Shown piece by piece: positions 10,804-25,400 of a DNA stretch of 64,000 bases. Source of the stretch: Chlorokybus atmophyticus. Its lineage: Eukaryota; Plantae; Mesostigma and Chlorokybus algae. Position 1 is the first letter of the stretch, and each line of letters starts with the position of its first letter. The notes under the pieces are model-generated. The model did no database searches. It was not told the DNA's origin and worked only from the letters and a program-made list of their open reading frames with translations. Both the position numbers and the translations under genes were made by a program. Where the stretch lies: positions 676,310-740,309 of the forward strand of contig RHPI01001737.1 of assembly GCA_009103225.1 (NCBI GenBank), written 5' to 3'.

Positions 10804-13800
10804 AGGCGTTGTAGGCTGCAGTTGGTCATGTTATTGTAGTCAGCATGCATGTGCTTTGGTTGGCGCTGCTGTGCTGTGCTGTGCTGTGCTGTTGCCTTGT
10901 CCTGTGCTCGTTGCTGTGGCATTGCACTGCATTGCATTGCGTTGCGAGCTGTTTGTGCAAGTTGCTATGTGGGAACAGCACCATAGTGCACTGTCCTCAT
11001 AGCAGCACATGTGCATGTTGCGCATTTCAAGTCACTACGACTTTTGCGTATTGCTGTACCCTATATAAGCAGGGTTGTATATGCTGGCATTGGATGGCAG
11101 CGGTCAGTACCCACCCTGGAGCCTGAAGATACCGTGCAGCAACACAGCAGCATGCTGGTTTGGGTCAACCTACCAAGTCAATACTATTAAACTTTAGCAA
11201 TATGCGCGCATCATGTGTAGGGTAGAGTGGAAAGGCCCACAACTAAGAGCGATCCCTAACTGCGAATAGCACACCGAACCCAGCTGTTCATACATTGCAA
11301 TAAGCTCGACTTTAACAAAAATGTCGTTTGTTTGGGTTAGCACGGCTGTGCACGGCAAGACCAGTAGTGGCACCGCCAAGGACTGGAAGGAGAGGTTGGT
11401 TGTACATACAATGCGAAACGGCAATGTATCAATCACATTTAATGCATACAACCCTTCCCGAGCTTTATAGCAGCATGAACGCTGCTCGTGACAACGTTTT
11501 CTTTTTGCTATTTGGAATCGGGTGAACGCCGTGCGTAATCGAGAGCTGGAGCGCGTGTGATACAGTGGACTAGTAGGCGCAGGTATGGTGATCATCACTT
11601 CAACAACAATTTTGTACATGCCTTGGTCATTATATATTGCGGAGATATATATCATTGGTTAAAGGAGTCCTTTATGGAGCTTATTACACATGATACGTGA
11701 TACAACGATGCGGGAGAAAACCGTGCTTCTCACGTGTTAAACACTTAACACTTACATTTTAAAAGGACGAGGGCAGGGGTAATGTTGGTAATGCCTTTGG
11801 GCGTGGAGATGTAAGTGGCTGAATTAGTCTTTGCAAGTGGTGATCCAAAGTGACACGTGATGACCGATAATGCGAGTTGGAAACCATGTATCAAAATGCA
11901 TTTGACCTCATCATTATCTTTAAAGCATCTCCGCTGCAATTTCACAGCACATATGCTATTACACTTTATATTGTTTATATTGCATACATTAATGCGCAAT
12001 GCACTTTCATGATTACGCCGTATAGAGCGTATATATTAATAATAAGATCTTGTTGTCATTATCGCAATCGCTTAGGTGAACAACTATTGTTTTTGGATCT
12101 TTTTTTGGGTATGAAAAGGACTTTCATACCAATTATACTTGTATTGATTTTGGCATCAAAAATTAGACTTCTTAGGCCACGGAAATGTAAAAGAATATCA
12201 CACATTGAGTAACATGTTGCATGTTACTTAATGCAAAGAAAGGTGCTTGGATTTAAAGTTTATTAATGCAACACCCTTAAAATGGTAAAGTGACGTCATC
12301 ATTATCAGTGCAGCATAACCCGTGTATAACTGTAAATAACACATGCCATTAAAGGATGTGGTAGACAGGCAGCCTTGGACTTGCAACTGCATCACTGTGT
12401 GCTATCAAACACATGCCATACTCATTTGCACTTATCATTAAAAATTAACATACTTTATTAAAACCTCGTTTTTCAATAATTTTAATGCGTTTTACAATAA
12501 AATCCTTACATCATATCCGAACGCTCTGGTTTAGAAGGTGTGAGTAGTAGTCCTTTACATTCACTGTAGCGTGTTGCGTAAAATTTACTACGAATCAGAT
12601 GCATGTTAGAGTAACATCTCCGGCCAGCAGAACAAACGCAAATGAAAAAAATGCACTAGTTCACGTCATATTTCTTGTTGCAAGGGATTTCGCATGAATT
12701 CTTGGGATGGAAAATCCGTTCCTTACAAGCTTCTCTTTTGCAAAGCAAGGTCGTTTACATAGAGTTCCTACCATACAGGTCAGTAGGTCGCCTACAGTAG
12801 GTGTGATCTACTACCTAGGTAGCGTTGCCCGATTAGCATGATGCCTCTTTCTCAAGGTAGGTGGACTTATAGCTGTGGCATGCATCGACCATCTCCTGCT
12901 TGTCGTCGGCGTAAACACATCCGCATCAGGCGCTTTGACTTGTGCCCGCTGCCCGGGGTCCGCGTTACGCAGCCTGCACGCAATGCTCCAGCCTGAAACC
13001 GGCTTTTCCCGCGGCCTGGTCCTTATGCATGGGTTGAAGGCTTCGACTCGCTGTAGGATTCAAAACGTCTTCTTGCCGACTCCCCACGTCGCTGTTGTGA
13101 TTGTCGTATTGCACAAGCGACGTCACAGAGCCGCGATGGATGTACTTGTCGGTTCATGTTCTCGCCGCCTTAACTGTGCCAACTTGAATTAAGGTCCTTG
13201 CTTGATTCACGGCCCTTGAATTAAGGGAAAAATGAAATCTTTGACAAACTGCCTGTACATGACAATGCGTTGGCCCTGCCGAAATTGCCTAATTACTGTT
13301 AGCCGTCACTGACCCTCTGCAACAATCCGTCAGAGCCGCAGGTTGTAACCGCGCTACTTGCAGCCGCTTAGAGTCAACTGACCTTGACCGAAACGCGCAC
13401 ATCTTCAACTGGGGTTTACTCAGTGCCAGGAATGGTCCAATCCTCTTTCGGTTTGACAGTTTCAAGTTATAACATTGCGCCGGAGGCTGCAAGTCATCGG
13501 TACAAAGACCTTAAAGCCCATGAACAAGGGCCCAAGAGCCCCTTGCATGAGTTCGGCGTCGCAAAACAGTTTGCCATCCGACTACACACTGCAACAGCTT
13601 CCGAGCGTATAATAAAAGAGTCTGGTCCTGACAGTGTGCCATAGTACCGTACTGAGGTAGGGCAGTTACGTGATCCGAGTGAAGCATCGGTGCCGAGCTC
13701 GGTTAAACGCCGACCAGCGTGAGGGGCTCCGATAGGGTGGTGAGAACGACCGTTTAGAGGGGCAAGTGCATGGCTGCAGCCGATTCTGACGCCGGTTTTA

Positions 13801-14214
13801 GTCTCCGATTCCAGACCGGTCTTTAACCTCATAACGACCGATAGGCTGTTACAAACGCCGCGGAATCTTGACATGACGAGGTGAATTGGGAAAGTAGTTG
13901 GTTTCGGTGGGTTTTTCTGGGGCAAACTGGGGCCAACATGAGTGGTAGATGAAACGGTGGTTACTGCATGGACCGGCTGCAGCAAGCCCTTCTGTCGACA
14001 TCTGCCACTGGCAGGTCTGCTAAGCGACGGCATCAATGCAATGCGTTGTACTGTTGCGTCGCCTTTTCACGACAGCAAACTCGGTTAGCAGCAGCGTTAG
14101 CCCTTAACCAATCGCTCTTTCCTCGGCTATTTGCGTTTGGGGCATTGCAGCATTGAATAAAGCAGCTTGGCTTTGCCAGGCCACAGCATTGTGCGCTGCG
14201 GCAAGGCTAGCAGC

Positions 14215-17200
14215 ATGGCGACGACCATCGCCGCCGCCGCCTCGTCGGCCGTCCTTCGCGGGGCGTCCGCCGCCCCCGCCGCCTCCCGTGTGGCGTCCAA
14301 GCGCCAGGCGCAGCCCTATGCCCTCAATGGCGCCCCTGTTGCTGGTTCCGCCAAGAGCAGCTTCTCTGCCGGTGCAGGCCGCCTCAGCGCTGTGCGCAAG
14401 GTGTGTATGCTTACGTACTGCTGTTTGCAACCGTGCTCAGATGGTACTTGCATCACTGCGTCAAGTCATTGCGTCATGGCAGTTTGCTGCCCAACATGCT
14501 TCAGTGCTTGTGAAGCAGAGCTGAATGCACAGTGGCAAATCTCAGTGTGGTTCATCTGTGGGGCTGTGGATGGGCGAAGCATGCTTCATGAGCCGTAGTT
14601 TGTGCAGCATGAACATTGCGAAACCTTGCACTTGTATGTCAGATTCAATGCGCTTACTGACAGTCAGCCACCGAGTAGGTGTAGGCCGTTATCTGCGTGT
14701 GTGCAGGCACATCACATCGCCCACAGTGGCTTACTAGTTGCATGCTCTAAGCCTTGAACGTTTGTTGCAGACTGCCCCAAAGGCAGCCAAGCCCCAGACC
14801 ACACAGGCAGTGGCCGCTGGCATGTCTCGTGCCACCAACACTGTCACCATCACTGGGTATGTGGTCTCACCAAGTGAAAAGGTCGATGCAATGCGTGCAT
14901 GCATGCCCAAGTTGACTTATGCCCTTTCTTTACTGCATATACTTATGGGTCCACAAACTACAGGTATGTGACCGCTGTGGACGTGGCTAATGCTGCCTTC
15001 AAGATGGTGGCTCGCTCTGGAGACGAGTTCATCATCAACCTGTCTGAGCAGACATGGTGCAAGGTAAGCACTGTCGATCATTTGACAATGCGTAGATTGG
15101 GTACTTGAACGCCAGTAGATCTTGCAGCCTAGAGTAATGGGTTTGGTCACTGGTTCTGTCAATTGTTGGTCTAGTGGTCACTCTAACGAAAATCTGTTAT
15201 GCAGTGCCTCATGAACATTGACGAGGTTGACCGCGACCGCATGCCCGACCCTCCTGGCTTCGACTGGTCACCCTCAGCTCGTGTCCAGAAGTACATCAAT
15301 GTCGGTGCCCTTCTCATCGCTGCTGGCATTGAGATTGAGGACGCTGGCAAGACCCGCATTGACGCTCGTACAATTAACATCATGGAGGACGGCCATGGTG
15401 GACTCATCTTTGAGGATGCCCACTGGTGGGTCAACCAGCTCAACGTCCTTGCTGATGTCTGGGTGAACGCTGTGGGTGGAGACTTCCGCATCAACTACCG
15501 CACCAATATTGAGATCACCGGCCATAAGACTGCTGACACTGCCCAAGAGATGGCCACCCTATCGCGCCTCATCTATGGTCTGTCTTCCGCATACCTGCTG
15601 ACTGGGTCTGACCGCTTCCTGGAGAATGCACGCAATGCTATCAAGTTCCAGCGTGAGGCGTTCCGCAAGCTCACCAATGATGGACGCTGCTGCTTCTGGG
15701 CCTATGGTCTCAAGGATGGCAAGATGATCATGGCCTCGCAGAACGGTGATGACTTCAACCAGATCCCCCTGTACGAGCAGATCTACGCCCTTGCTGGACT
15801 CACCCAGTACTACCGCATCACCTATGACCCTGATGCGCTGGCCGATATTGTGCGCACCGTGGAGATGTTCGACAAGTACTACCTGGACACCAAAAGTGGC
15901 CACCGTGGATACTACTCCCATGTTGATGTTGCCACCCTCAAGTACGATGACCCCCATCTCGGGGACAACAAGTCCCAGAAGAACTGGAACTCCATTGGTG
16001 ATCACATCCCTGCATACCTGATCAACCTGATTTGCGCCCTGGACCCTGTCCCCGAGGGCTCCTCTCCGTACTTGCAGAAGTTCCTGGACAGGTGCCTGTG
16101 GATCATGCGCGAGACCAGCGAGTTGATTCTGACCAAGTTCCCTGATCCGGACCCAAGCGTGCCGTTTGTCAATGAGCGGTTCTATGAGGACTGGACCCCC
16201 TGGACCACCTGGAGGTGGCAGCAGGACTCTGCTGTCTGTGGACATAACTTGAAGATCGCTTGGAACTTGACCCGCGCTGCCAACTACTACGCTCGCTCTG
16301 ACAAGACTTACTCTGATGCCCTCATGAAGCTCTGCTGCTTCCTTGGTGACGAGCTTGCCCGTGTCGGTGTTGACCAGATCCGCAGTGGTCTGTTTGATGT
16401 GATTGAGCGTCACCCCAAGAACGGCATGTTCATTGAGTTCCGCTGGTAAGCAGACCATGCAGGGTTCACTGCCTTCATTGCTCCTTCAGTTGCACTCGAG
16501 CTTCACTTTCTACCTTGTGCCAACTGATTAATGTTGCAGGTGGGATACCAAGGACTTCTGGCAGCAGGAGCAGGCTATTCTTGCCTACTACATCATGTAT
16601 GGCAAGACGAACAACCCTGAGTACCTGAAGCTGGCGCGTGAGCAGACTGCCTTCTACAACACCTTCTTCTTGAACCACGACGACCAGGGCGTGTACTTCC
16701 GTACCAACGGTGATGGTCTGCCCTTCCTGGTCGGCAGCTACCGCCGCAAGGGTGGCCACTCCATCTCTGGTTACCATGCGTTCGAGCTGTGCTTCTTGGC
16801 GGACATCTACACCAAGTGCTACGTCTCCAAGGCGAACCTCTGCATGTACTTCAAGCCTACTGAGGACCCGCGTGCTGGTCAGCTCGCCATCAATGTGATG
16901 CCCGACTTCGTTGAGCCAGGCACACTCAAGATTGTGAGGGTCAATGTCAATGGTGAGGATCGCCAAGTGAAGGACCCCTTCCGCATGAGCGTTGGTAAGT
17001 TGACAGTAGCAGTACTCAGTGCAGCTCTTGGCCATCTTATCAAGCGTGTCGCTTGCCTGACAATTTTGTTGTGACCAGACCTCCTGCAGTCCGATATGGG
17101 TCGCGACACCGATGTGATTGTAGAGTACGAGCCTCAGCCCTTCTCCAGCTACTCCAACACTGTCAATGCCAACCAGGCATACACGGATGCTCCCAAGGTG

Positions 17201-17245
17201 GCGTCTGCTGGCGCTGCTGGGGGCAAGTACTCCTGGAGCTTGTAA
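14215..17245 (+). CDS. Plastid-targeted AGE-family (N-acylglucosamine 2-epimerase superfamily) epimerase/isomerase, bacterial type
   Basis: 6 exons (14215-14400, 14771-14856, 14964-15063, 15205-16445, 16540-16994, 17079-17245); A/S/R-rich transit peptide; motifs TITGYV, WWVNQL, SRLIYGLSSAYLLTG, IPLYEQIYALAG, KNWNSIGDHIPAYLINL, VCGHNLKIAWNL, FWQQEQAILAY, SGYHAFELC. Confidence 0.88.
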
Positions 17246-19457
17246 AGAGGGGCAATCCTCGACGCAGTTACCCTGCAACCTGGTGTATACATAATTAGCT
17301 GAACCTTGTGAGCTGTCCCGTCCATATAGCCCCTAGAGCAGCATTTTGAATGTGTTGCTTGTTAGGTCGTGTATTGCAGTGTGGGTACTCGACCATTATT
17401 GAAGGCAGTTCTGATTCAACAATGTTGGATTGTGCTGCGCTGAACATATGAGATGTCATTGCAATCACATCAACCATCAGATGTTGGCCTGTCGATGTGA
17501 AGTATACATGTCTTGCGCATGGTGTTGAGTTTTGCGATTTGGACATTCATTCTGTGGTTGGCTGCTGCACTTGTCTGCAGAGGATTGGTCGTGTTATTTG
17601 CACAGCAGCATGTCAATTGTTTGTGAGTGTGTGAACAGAGATGGTATGGTGTACAGAGTATGTCTATTCGAGCAGCAACTTGAGAACGTTGCCTGCGAGT
17701 TGCCGCGTACAGAACTGTCAAAAGTGTGTGTTCCCTTATGGTTAACAATGTGTAAATGTACTGCTTGCATGGCAGTTGATGAGGTGGTGCTGGCTGTGAG
17801 GACAACATCACAACACTGTACACATTGTACATTATGCGAATGTATGCATGTCCTGCTACTATACTTGCATATGCATGCACTAACCCTAAAGCCTGGAGTA
17901 TAACAGCACTGGCGGCAATAGTGCCAAGCTGCCCAAAGGCAACTTGCTCACTGTACAGTTTTGGTGACCTTTGCTTGGTTGTTTGCTGACTTGCTTTCTA
18001 ACACCATCTTGTGTATTATCTGCCAAACCCGTACCCTTAGCCCCTGCTACTAGCCATACAACACTACTTGCTGAAAGTGGTTGCAGCGCTGACAGCGAAC
18101 GCTTGTGTCACTGATAATAGTGTTTGTAGTACTTGCTTGTGTTTCCGTGCTGACTTGCTTACTGACTTGTTGGTCAACGCTAGCAAAAGAATCTGTTGGA
18201 CAAGGCTATCATGTCTACAGCCTGTGTGTCAAACCCGCACCCCCTCAGCCCTTGCTGCGACGTTCACACTACCTGCTCGTGTTATTGTGCTACAACCGTA
18301 TCATACCGCTTAAGCGGCTTAACTCGTGCACATGTGCTGCAAGTCATTCCATCACGTTTGCATGTGTAATCGCAGCATACAAGACATGGTATAAGGTATA
18401 ATGGTATGCTAAAGTAGTCACATGCACGGTGTCAAGCCAACATCACATGCATGGTGTCAAGCAAGCAGCACATGCAGCTAGTCACCACCACTCATATCGC
18501 AAGCACCACACCGCTATCTATGCTAGGACTACTTGCCTGCCGCGTGTGCATCTGTGTAAATAGGATGTTGTAGTGGTTGGTCTTTATGCGGAGGGAATGA
18601 GAGATCTTGATTGTGTATGCCTGATGTTAGTTGACATTGATAGTTGCCAATTCGTAATATATGCGTATTTGCATGTTGCGTACTTTATTGTTGACCAGGT
18701 GATAATGCAGATGTGATATGCAGCCGGCATGTACAAGTGTATACATACAGTATCATAAGCAAAACGCACATTTCAATGATACTAACAAATGGTATGATAT
18801 GTTACATACGCACCAAAAACAAAGCACAAGATTAAGAGATATATTCAACATGGCTTCCAACTATGACAGCGTATCACGATCGGTTTGTGCATTAACGAAT
18901 ATGAAGTTGCTGACATTATGTGGTTCATGCATTCAAATGCATATGCATACTAAGTGTTCATGACAATGAGCAACATGATAACATGTTCAGACACATGCAC
19001 GCGATAAAGGGCTTCATACCCCTACATTAAGTGTTTGCACAAGCGCACGCGCGCAAATTAGCCAACAACGCAAGAAAGCTACATAATCGATATTTAGCAA
19101 TTGCGGTGCGTTTGCAATGCGAAAGCCACTGTTGGCAACCGCCAAGTGTGGGCATTTACACCACGGGGGATGTGACACGGCTTTCGCTCAATCTAAATAG
19201 GCACTAGCATGTTTATGTTCACATTATGCTTTGTCGGAGTATGGTGCTATTGCAACCTCGCACTGAAGAACCCTCTCAACATAAGCATCTCAGCCTGTCT
19301 CAGGCTGGGGAGCCTTTTAAGCCAAGCATAGTGAGTGCTAAGCCTGATAGCTCTATGACTCACAGTCTAGTTACGAAAGTGCGCACCCCTTTGCTTGCAA
19401 CCCAAAAGCAGGAAGACTGACATCGCGACGGTGGTGTCGTCGTGGGTGTCGGCGGCC

Positions 19458-22400
19458 ATGTGGTTGCGGCGCCGGCACGCGGCGGCGCTGCTAGCCCTCG
19501 CACTTACTTGCTTGCAGCTGGTCGGCGGGAAGCCAGTGCGAGCTTCTGCCGGCGGCGCGAAGACGGTCCATGTGGCACTGAAGGCCAAGTGGCAGGGGAC
19601 TGCACTGCTGCTTGAAGCTGGGTAGGGTTTTGACTGGCGTAGGTTTGATGTGTGAGAGCGTACAAGTGGTACTTGAGCCAAAAGGAGACGAATGTGACAG
19701 GCAGTTGGGTGGCATTGCATGTCAGTTGCCATTGATATTTGCATGGCATACAGTTACCCACGCTATGAAAGGTGTGTTGTCATTGAAGTCGGCATGCAGT
19801 GCTCTAAGCTCTTGCCACTGCACCTCTTTTCACAGTTCTGCATAGTAAATTGTCGCCGCGTATATTTCTGACGCTTAAGTTGTTGGCTGCGCATATAAGA
19901 GTCTGTCATGGCAACTGCATTGTGAGTGTTAGTTTTTGGAGTTTTGCAGTACAGGCCAGTGATTGTGTGAAAAGGTTGGAGTAACATAAAGTTAACAAAG
20001 CGAGAGCTTGCGCGTGGCAATGCTGCTACAAGTGCACTCCTGTGCACTGCATGCACTATGGTCGAGCAGCATCCACACTTGTATACTTACTCATGATAGT
20101 GCAGAAGTCAGTGGCTTAGGTTTTTGTTTGAAAGTGTTTGTCAGCAAAGGAAGGGGGGGGGGGGGCATCAATTGGCAAGTTACCGAGTATCACGATCAAC
20201 TGCAGGGAGTTTGTCAGCGATGTGAGTAAAGACCAGTATTGGCATTTCATCAGCAGCTGGCAACAACATGTCAGTGATTCATCCACAGATGGTGGCAGCG
20301 ATGCTGCGTGTGTTGCAGCAATTGCGGACGTTGCAGAGCACACTTTGACACCAAGACTCCGGCAGGTTGGCAACACTGCCCTTCTGACAGAGTGCTCAGT
20401 GTTTTCAGTGTCAGTGTTGCAAGTAGTACTCAGCATGCTGTTGGCCAGGTGCTGCCGGTTGCGCTGGTGTTGCGCAGCTACTCCCCGCGCGTCGCCACGT
20501 TCCGCCAACTTGCAGAGCACTCGCTGTGTGCAGCAAATAAAGAGTACACGTCGCCTGGAGGAGGTGAAAGGCAAAGTGCAGGCCAGCAATTGGTTTATCA
20601 TGAGCCCATCGTTCTCCCACACGCGCCCTGCTGCTGGGTTGATGTTGATGGACAGATTGCCGAGACAGCCTCTGCGCTGAGCGATCGACTTGGCGTTATA
20701 CAGCGAGGGCAAGTGTGTTGATATGACTTGCTGACCACATGTGTTCGTTGCTTAACACGTGTGTTGTAGCAGGAAAGCAAATGGAGTCAATGCAGAGTCG
20801 TATGAGTTTGATCACGTGTATCCCAGCTTGTCTGAAGCAAACCACACCGCAGTCTTGTATGCAACTCCTGGCTCGCGTTGCTTTGACGAGCTGCATACGC
20901 TTCTTGTTACTGCTGCTGAAGAGGTGAGGTGCCCATGTGGTTGCGAGGTCAATAACTGTTGGAGAGCAAAGATGTCCTCAATATTGCTGCGCAGGGTATT
21001 GCAACATACGTCCATCGGCCCGTTTACCTTGCAAACTGCAACGGTGCGAAGCACAATTCGCACTGCGCTTCTGCTGGCACTGCCGGGGTTTTGCAGCTTG
21101 GAGGCTACGGAGCTGAACTTGCCATAAAAAACATGGAGTACAAGGCGATTGATGACAGCAACGCCAAGAAAGGTGGGTTTTTGCTTTCGCGCACACAGAA
21201 GTTGCAAGCTCAGTAGTTGCCCAGCTACATGGTCAGGACCTTGGCGCCACAGTGGATTACTTTCCACATGTTTTTGGTGCCAGATTCAGTCGCCCAGGAG
21301 CTTGAAACTGAAGCTGCGGATTCTGATATCAAAGGCTTTCTGTTTGAGACGCTCCTGGTATCACTGGGGCACGGTGTACAGCATTGGCAGAGTGAACACT
21401 TCACAACGTGACCATGTTAGCTGTGCGCAATGCTTGTTGGAATGCGTGGAAGTCGCTCAGTTTTGATGTCAATGTTTGATGTAGGAGCGCAAGCCCGAGA
21501 AGGCGGCAGAGCTGTTGACGTTCCGCGACATATTGATGTCCAGTGCGGATATGGAGGACACTCTCAAAGTGTGGGATCTCAAGGGTACAGTTTTAAAAAC
21601 AAAGAACTCTTTCTTTCTATTTTGTTTTATAGTTTTTGGTTACGACATCAAGACTAGGGACCCATATCCTTGGCACAAGGCTTGACTGGAAACAGGCGTG
21701 TTGTCTGACTTCATGTGCTTGCATCAGTCTGAGAAGCACTTTCGCCTGCAGATCTTGGTGTGCAAGCAGCGCAACGCATTGTTGCGGCATCAGACCCTTT
21801 GAAACTACTGCGCGACATTAGTCACAACTTCCCAAGTTTGGTATCGTCTTTGTCAAGGCTACAGGTACAGTACCGCTGCCACATATATGAGCCAGCAGTT
21901 AAAGCGAGCAGCACTTGCGCATCTGCAGTAATCAGTGTGTCTTCAAATACAGGCAAACAGCACCTTGAAGGCCGAGATCACCGCGAACCAAAACTATATG
22001 CAAGCCGGTGCAACCTACCTCAGCATCAATGGGTTCGGTGTTGACATTCAGACACTTGACCCTTTTATGTAAGTTTTCAGCACTGGGTTACAGATTGCAG
22101 ATCTGCATAGCCTCGCACAATTCTGTTACACTCTGAAACTTTGGATTGATCGGTAGTGGAGCACATCACATGACGATGTCTTGCTGTGTGATATCGCAGG
22201 CTGTTCAAGCTCATCCGCGAGGAAATTGCCTTGAGTGATCAGCTGGCTGCACTCAAGGTGCCGTTGTTATATGATGCAACATAATTGGGGGCCTGTCACA
22301 GACTGGCACCCCACATCAATCAGCACACCACGCGCCTTGCCTAAGCTTGCATGGTCTATGAGGACATTGACAGCGAGTTTGCAGCTTACACCAGAAACCA

Positions 22401-25400
22401 TTCGGCAACTGTTGAGGCTTTCGGAGAGCAAAGCAGCCGGCTCATCCATAAGAATTGACACAAGGTCACCTGTCCATGTGCACTTTGCAAATGACCTGGA
22501 AAAAGACGCACAGTACCAAATGTTCTCGCCGTCATTACGTGAGGTAACAAGTCGTCTCGATACATCCTTCAACTTGCCCAAAGTAAAATCTGCATTCTTA
22601 TCTTACCTTTGCTGTGCTGCAGATGTTGATGCCAGTTTACCCGGGCCAGATGCGTTACGTACGCAAGAACCTGTTCAATGGCGTGTTCGTCATTGACCCT
22701 GTCAGCCTCTCAGGTCTAGAGGTAGCCTTTGTGTTTGCTATGAGTGAGATACGCGTGAATTCCTATTGCACATTCCGTCTTTCTTGGGTACATTTTCTGA
22801 TGCAGGTCATTAGAGCCATCAAGCTCTACATAGACAAGTTGGTGCCGGTGAGGATGGGCGTTATGCTTGCACCGTCGTCTGTAGTTTCAGCGTTGCCAGC
22901 TGGGGCGACTGCGGTCTCCGAGAGTGCAGCCGGCCATCACGTTGCAAGCGTCGTGTCAAGGATGTTTTACTTCTTTCGCTTGCGGTCGGGCACGGCAGCA
23001 GCCTTCCGGTTTCTCTTCAAGGTAGGTTGGGCACTATGTGATGGTTAGTTACTGATGGTGTGTTACCATAGAGGGCATGTTGCTCCCGTGACCTGTACTG
23101 AGTGCATCAAACTGTTTTTAACCGTGTGCATATGCATTGAACTCGCAGTTGGCAGAATTGTCAGAGGACATGAGTGTCATGGATGGGGACTTCATCTCAA
23201 CGGAAATGGCGGTAGCAGCATTCCAGACAACCTACAGGAAGCTGAAGGTCAAAGCTCAAACAGAAACCATGGACGAGGCGGTTGCAGCTGTACTTAGCGA
23301 AGCCAGGCATGCGGAAGATGTAGCTGCATCCGTACAGTTCATCTCCGCTCGAGGACTTGCGCATGTTGTGCCTTGCCTTCTGTTGAATGGCATGCTTTAC
23401 ACCAGTGACAACGTAAGTGCTCTGTGCTCAGTGTGCTGATGTCGTTGTGCGACTGCCATACCATGTCACCGGTGCGGTTGTTGGACAACACCTACACCTG
23501 TTGTCACGATGCTTGGCGTCTGCATGGCCATCACAATTCTTGACCAGGAGCACTGCTGCAGGTGCCGCAGATGCTGCTACATGCAGTCAACGAAGAAACT
23601 CCATTTGTGCAAGAGAGCATCTACTATGGTCAGATCGACCCCAGCACAGATGTGCTGGACTTTGCTTTGAAAACTGGCAGCTACAAGCGCTACAACCCCC
23701 TGGTGTGCCACCTTGCACCATACTGGAGCAAGGCTTAAGTGTAGTTGAAACGCATGTCATGCACGACACCTGACATCCCAACTGGTTACTGCGTTGACGT
23801 TCGTTGTTGTGACGTGCAGATACTTCCACAGCGTACTGATGCGCAGCCTTCTCAAGTACCATTAGCAGCGGCGTATGCAGACCGTTCAAGTGCCATTGCA
23901 CAGCTGCCATACTTGCATCAACCTGGCAGTACGTTGCATGGCTGGGAACCGCCTGTCTTGTAGGCACCTTTGACAGCAAGCTGTCCTGAGAAGGCAAGTC
24001 ATCGCTGGCTCTGCAGTTCGGCTCTGATGCCTGCTGTGGTTGCTGCAGCTGAGGATGATGTGAAGACGATAACACACTGGCTGGTTGCTGACTTGTCGTC
24101 TGCAAGCGGCATTCGGCTTGCACAGGAGGCTGTGAAGAGGCTGGTGCGTGCATGCTGTTGGTGGTTGTTATCTCTCATGGTCTGACAGCGAGGCTGCTTA
24201 CAGTGTGTCATTAGTTATCGAGGCACACATACTCACGGGGTTGGACACAAAATGGCCAAGTTGCGCGCAAAGTTGTGTTACATGCATGAGTATGCTGAGT
24301 GGTCATGTGCTTGTGCTGCAGGCTAGTGACGACTGCAAGTTGGCACGCTTTGCGTTTGTGCACAACCCAGCAGATTGGCATCCTTCACAACCGCTTCCAC
24401 CAGCAACTCGCTTCGTTGCCGCAGCTCTTCACATGACAAGGTGCGTGTTGCTTGCTGATTAGGACATAAAGTGCCAATATCTGTCCAACTTGGAGACATG
24501 TCATCACGTCTAAGTTATCATTGCATACTTTAAGAGCTTCCAAATGTTGATGTGATCGAGCGTTGTTGGTGCGTTGTTGGTAGGTCAGTGGCAGCTATCA
24601 GTGTTGCAATGGCTGTTGTGCAAGAACCACTAACTACGCCGTCACTATTGCAGTCGCCGTCATAAGCTGGTGCCTTTCCTGCAGTCACTGTTACCCAGGC
24701 TGCCTGAGCTAACAGTCTCCACGTTGCTTGACCTCGCCGCCGAAGTTGGTCTGCAGATAGAGCAGCTGAGGTCACTTCTCAAAGATCAGCAGCAAGAAGA
24801 ATTGGCCGCAGAAGTGCAGTCTCACCAAAAGCTCTGCCAGCAGCTGCTTCACCTTCAGCCTGGACAGAATGCCGTTGTCACTAACGGACGGGTAGGCATG
24901 ATGTTGGGGTGGCTACCTATCTGGCTTTAAGGCAACCATGCATTCTGTCCTGAAGCTGTGGCGACACCGTTTGTTGACATTTGTGCATGTACAGGTATTC
25001 ACCCCTATCAGCACTGGTTCTTTCCTAGCTGAGGATTTCGAGCTGCTGGACGGCGTCGAGTACAGCACGCGCGCCAGCCTTGTGCAGCCTGTCGTGGAAA
25101 GGAGCGGCTTTGATGACGTCGATGCAGACTTGCTCACAAGCGAGTTCTTCTCAGACCTGATCTCAGCAACTGTATCCGTCACCATGGGCCGTGCACGCGG
25201 ACAATTGGTAAGTCGTGTTCCAGTTTGTTCCAGTTTGGTGGATGAAAACCGTGGCAGATGTGTATGCACTCTTAATGTTTTGCATGGCCTGCTTCAGTAC
25301 GACACAAGAAGTTACTTTACCTGATGTTTCTGCTGCATTTCATGAACAGGAGCCTAAGACGTTTAACAAGTTCGCCACCAAGCACAGTGCCATCATGGTC

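Noticed and set aside
12831-12840. U6 snRNA-like GATTAGCATG
   Set aside because: Flanking sequence lacks the rest of U6 (ACAGAGAA, GGCCCCTGCGCAAGG).
11150-13980. Coding genes or a transposon in this AT-rich to mixed stretch
   Set aside because: Short ORFs lack motifs or codon bias; no termini or TSD could be identified.
15559-16458. 299-aa antisense ORF (and similar shadows such as 31295-32041 and 16475-17278)
   Set aside because: By-products of strong codon bias on the sense-strand genes; no recognisable motifs.
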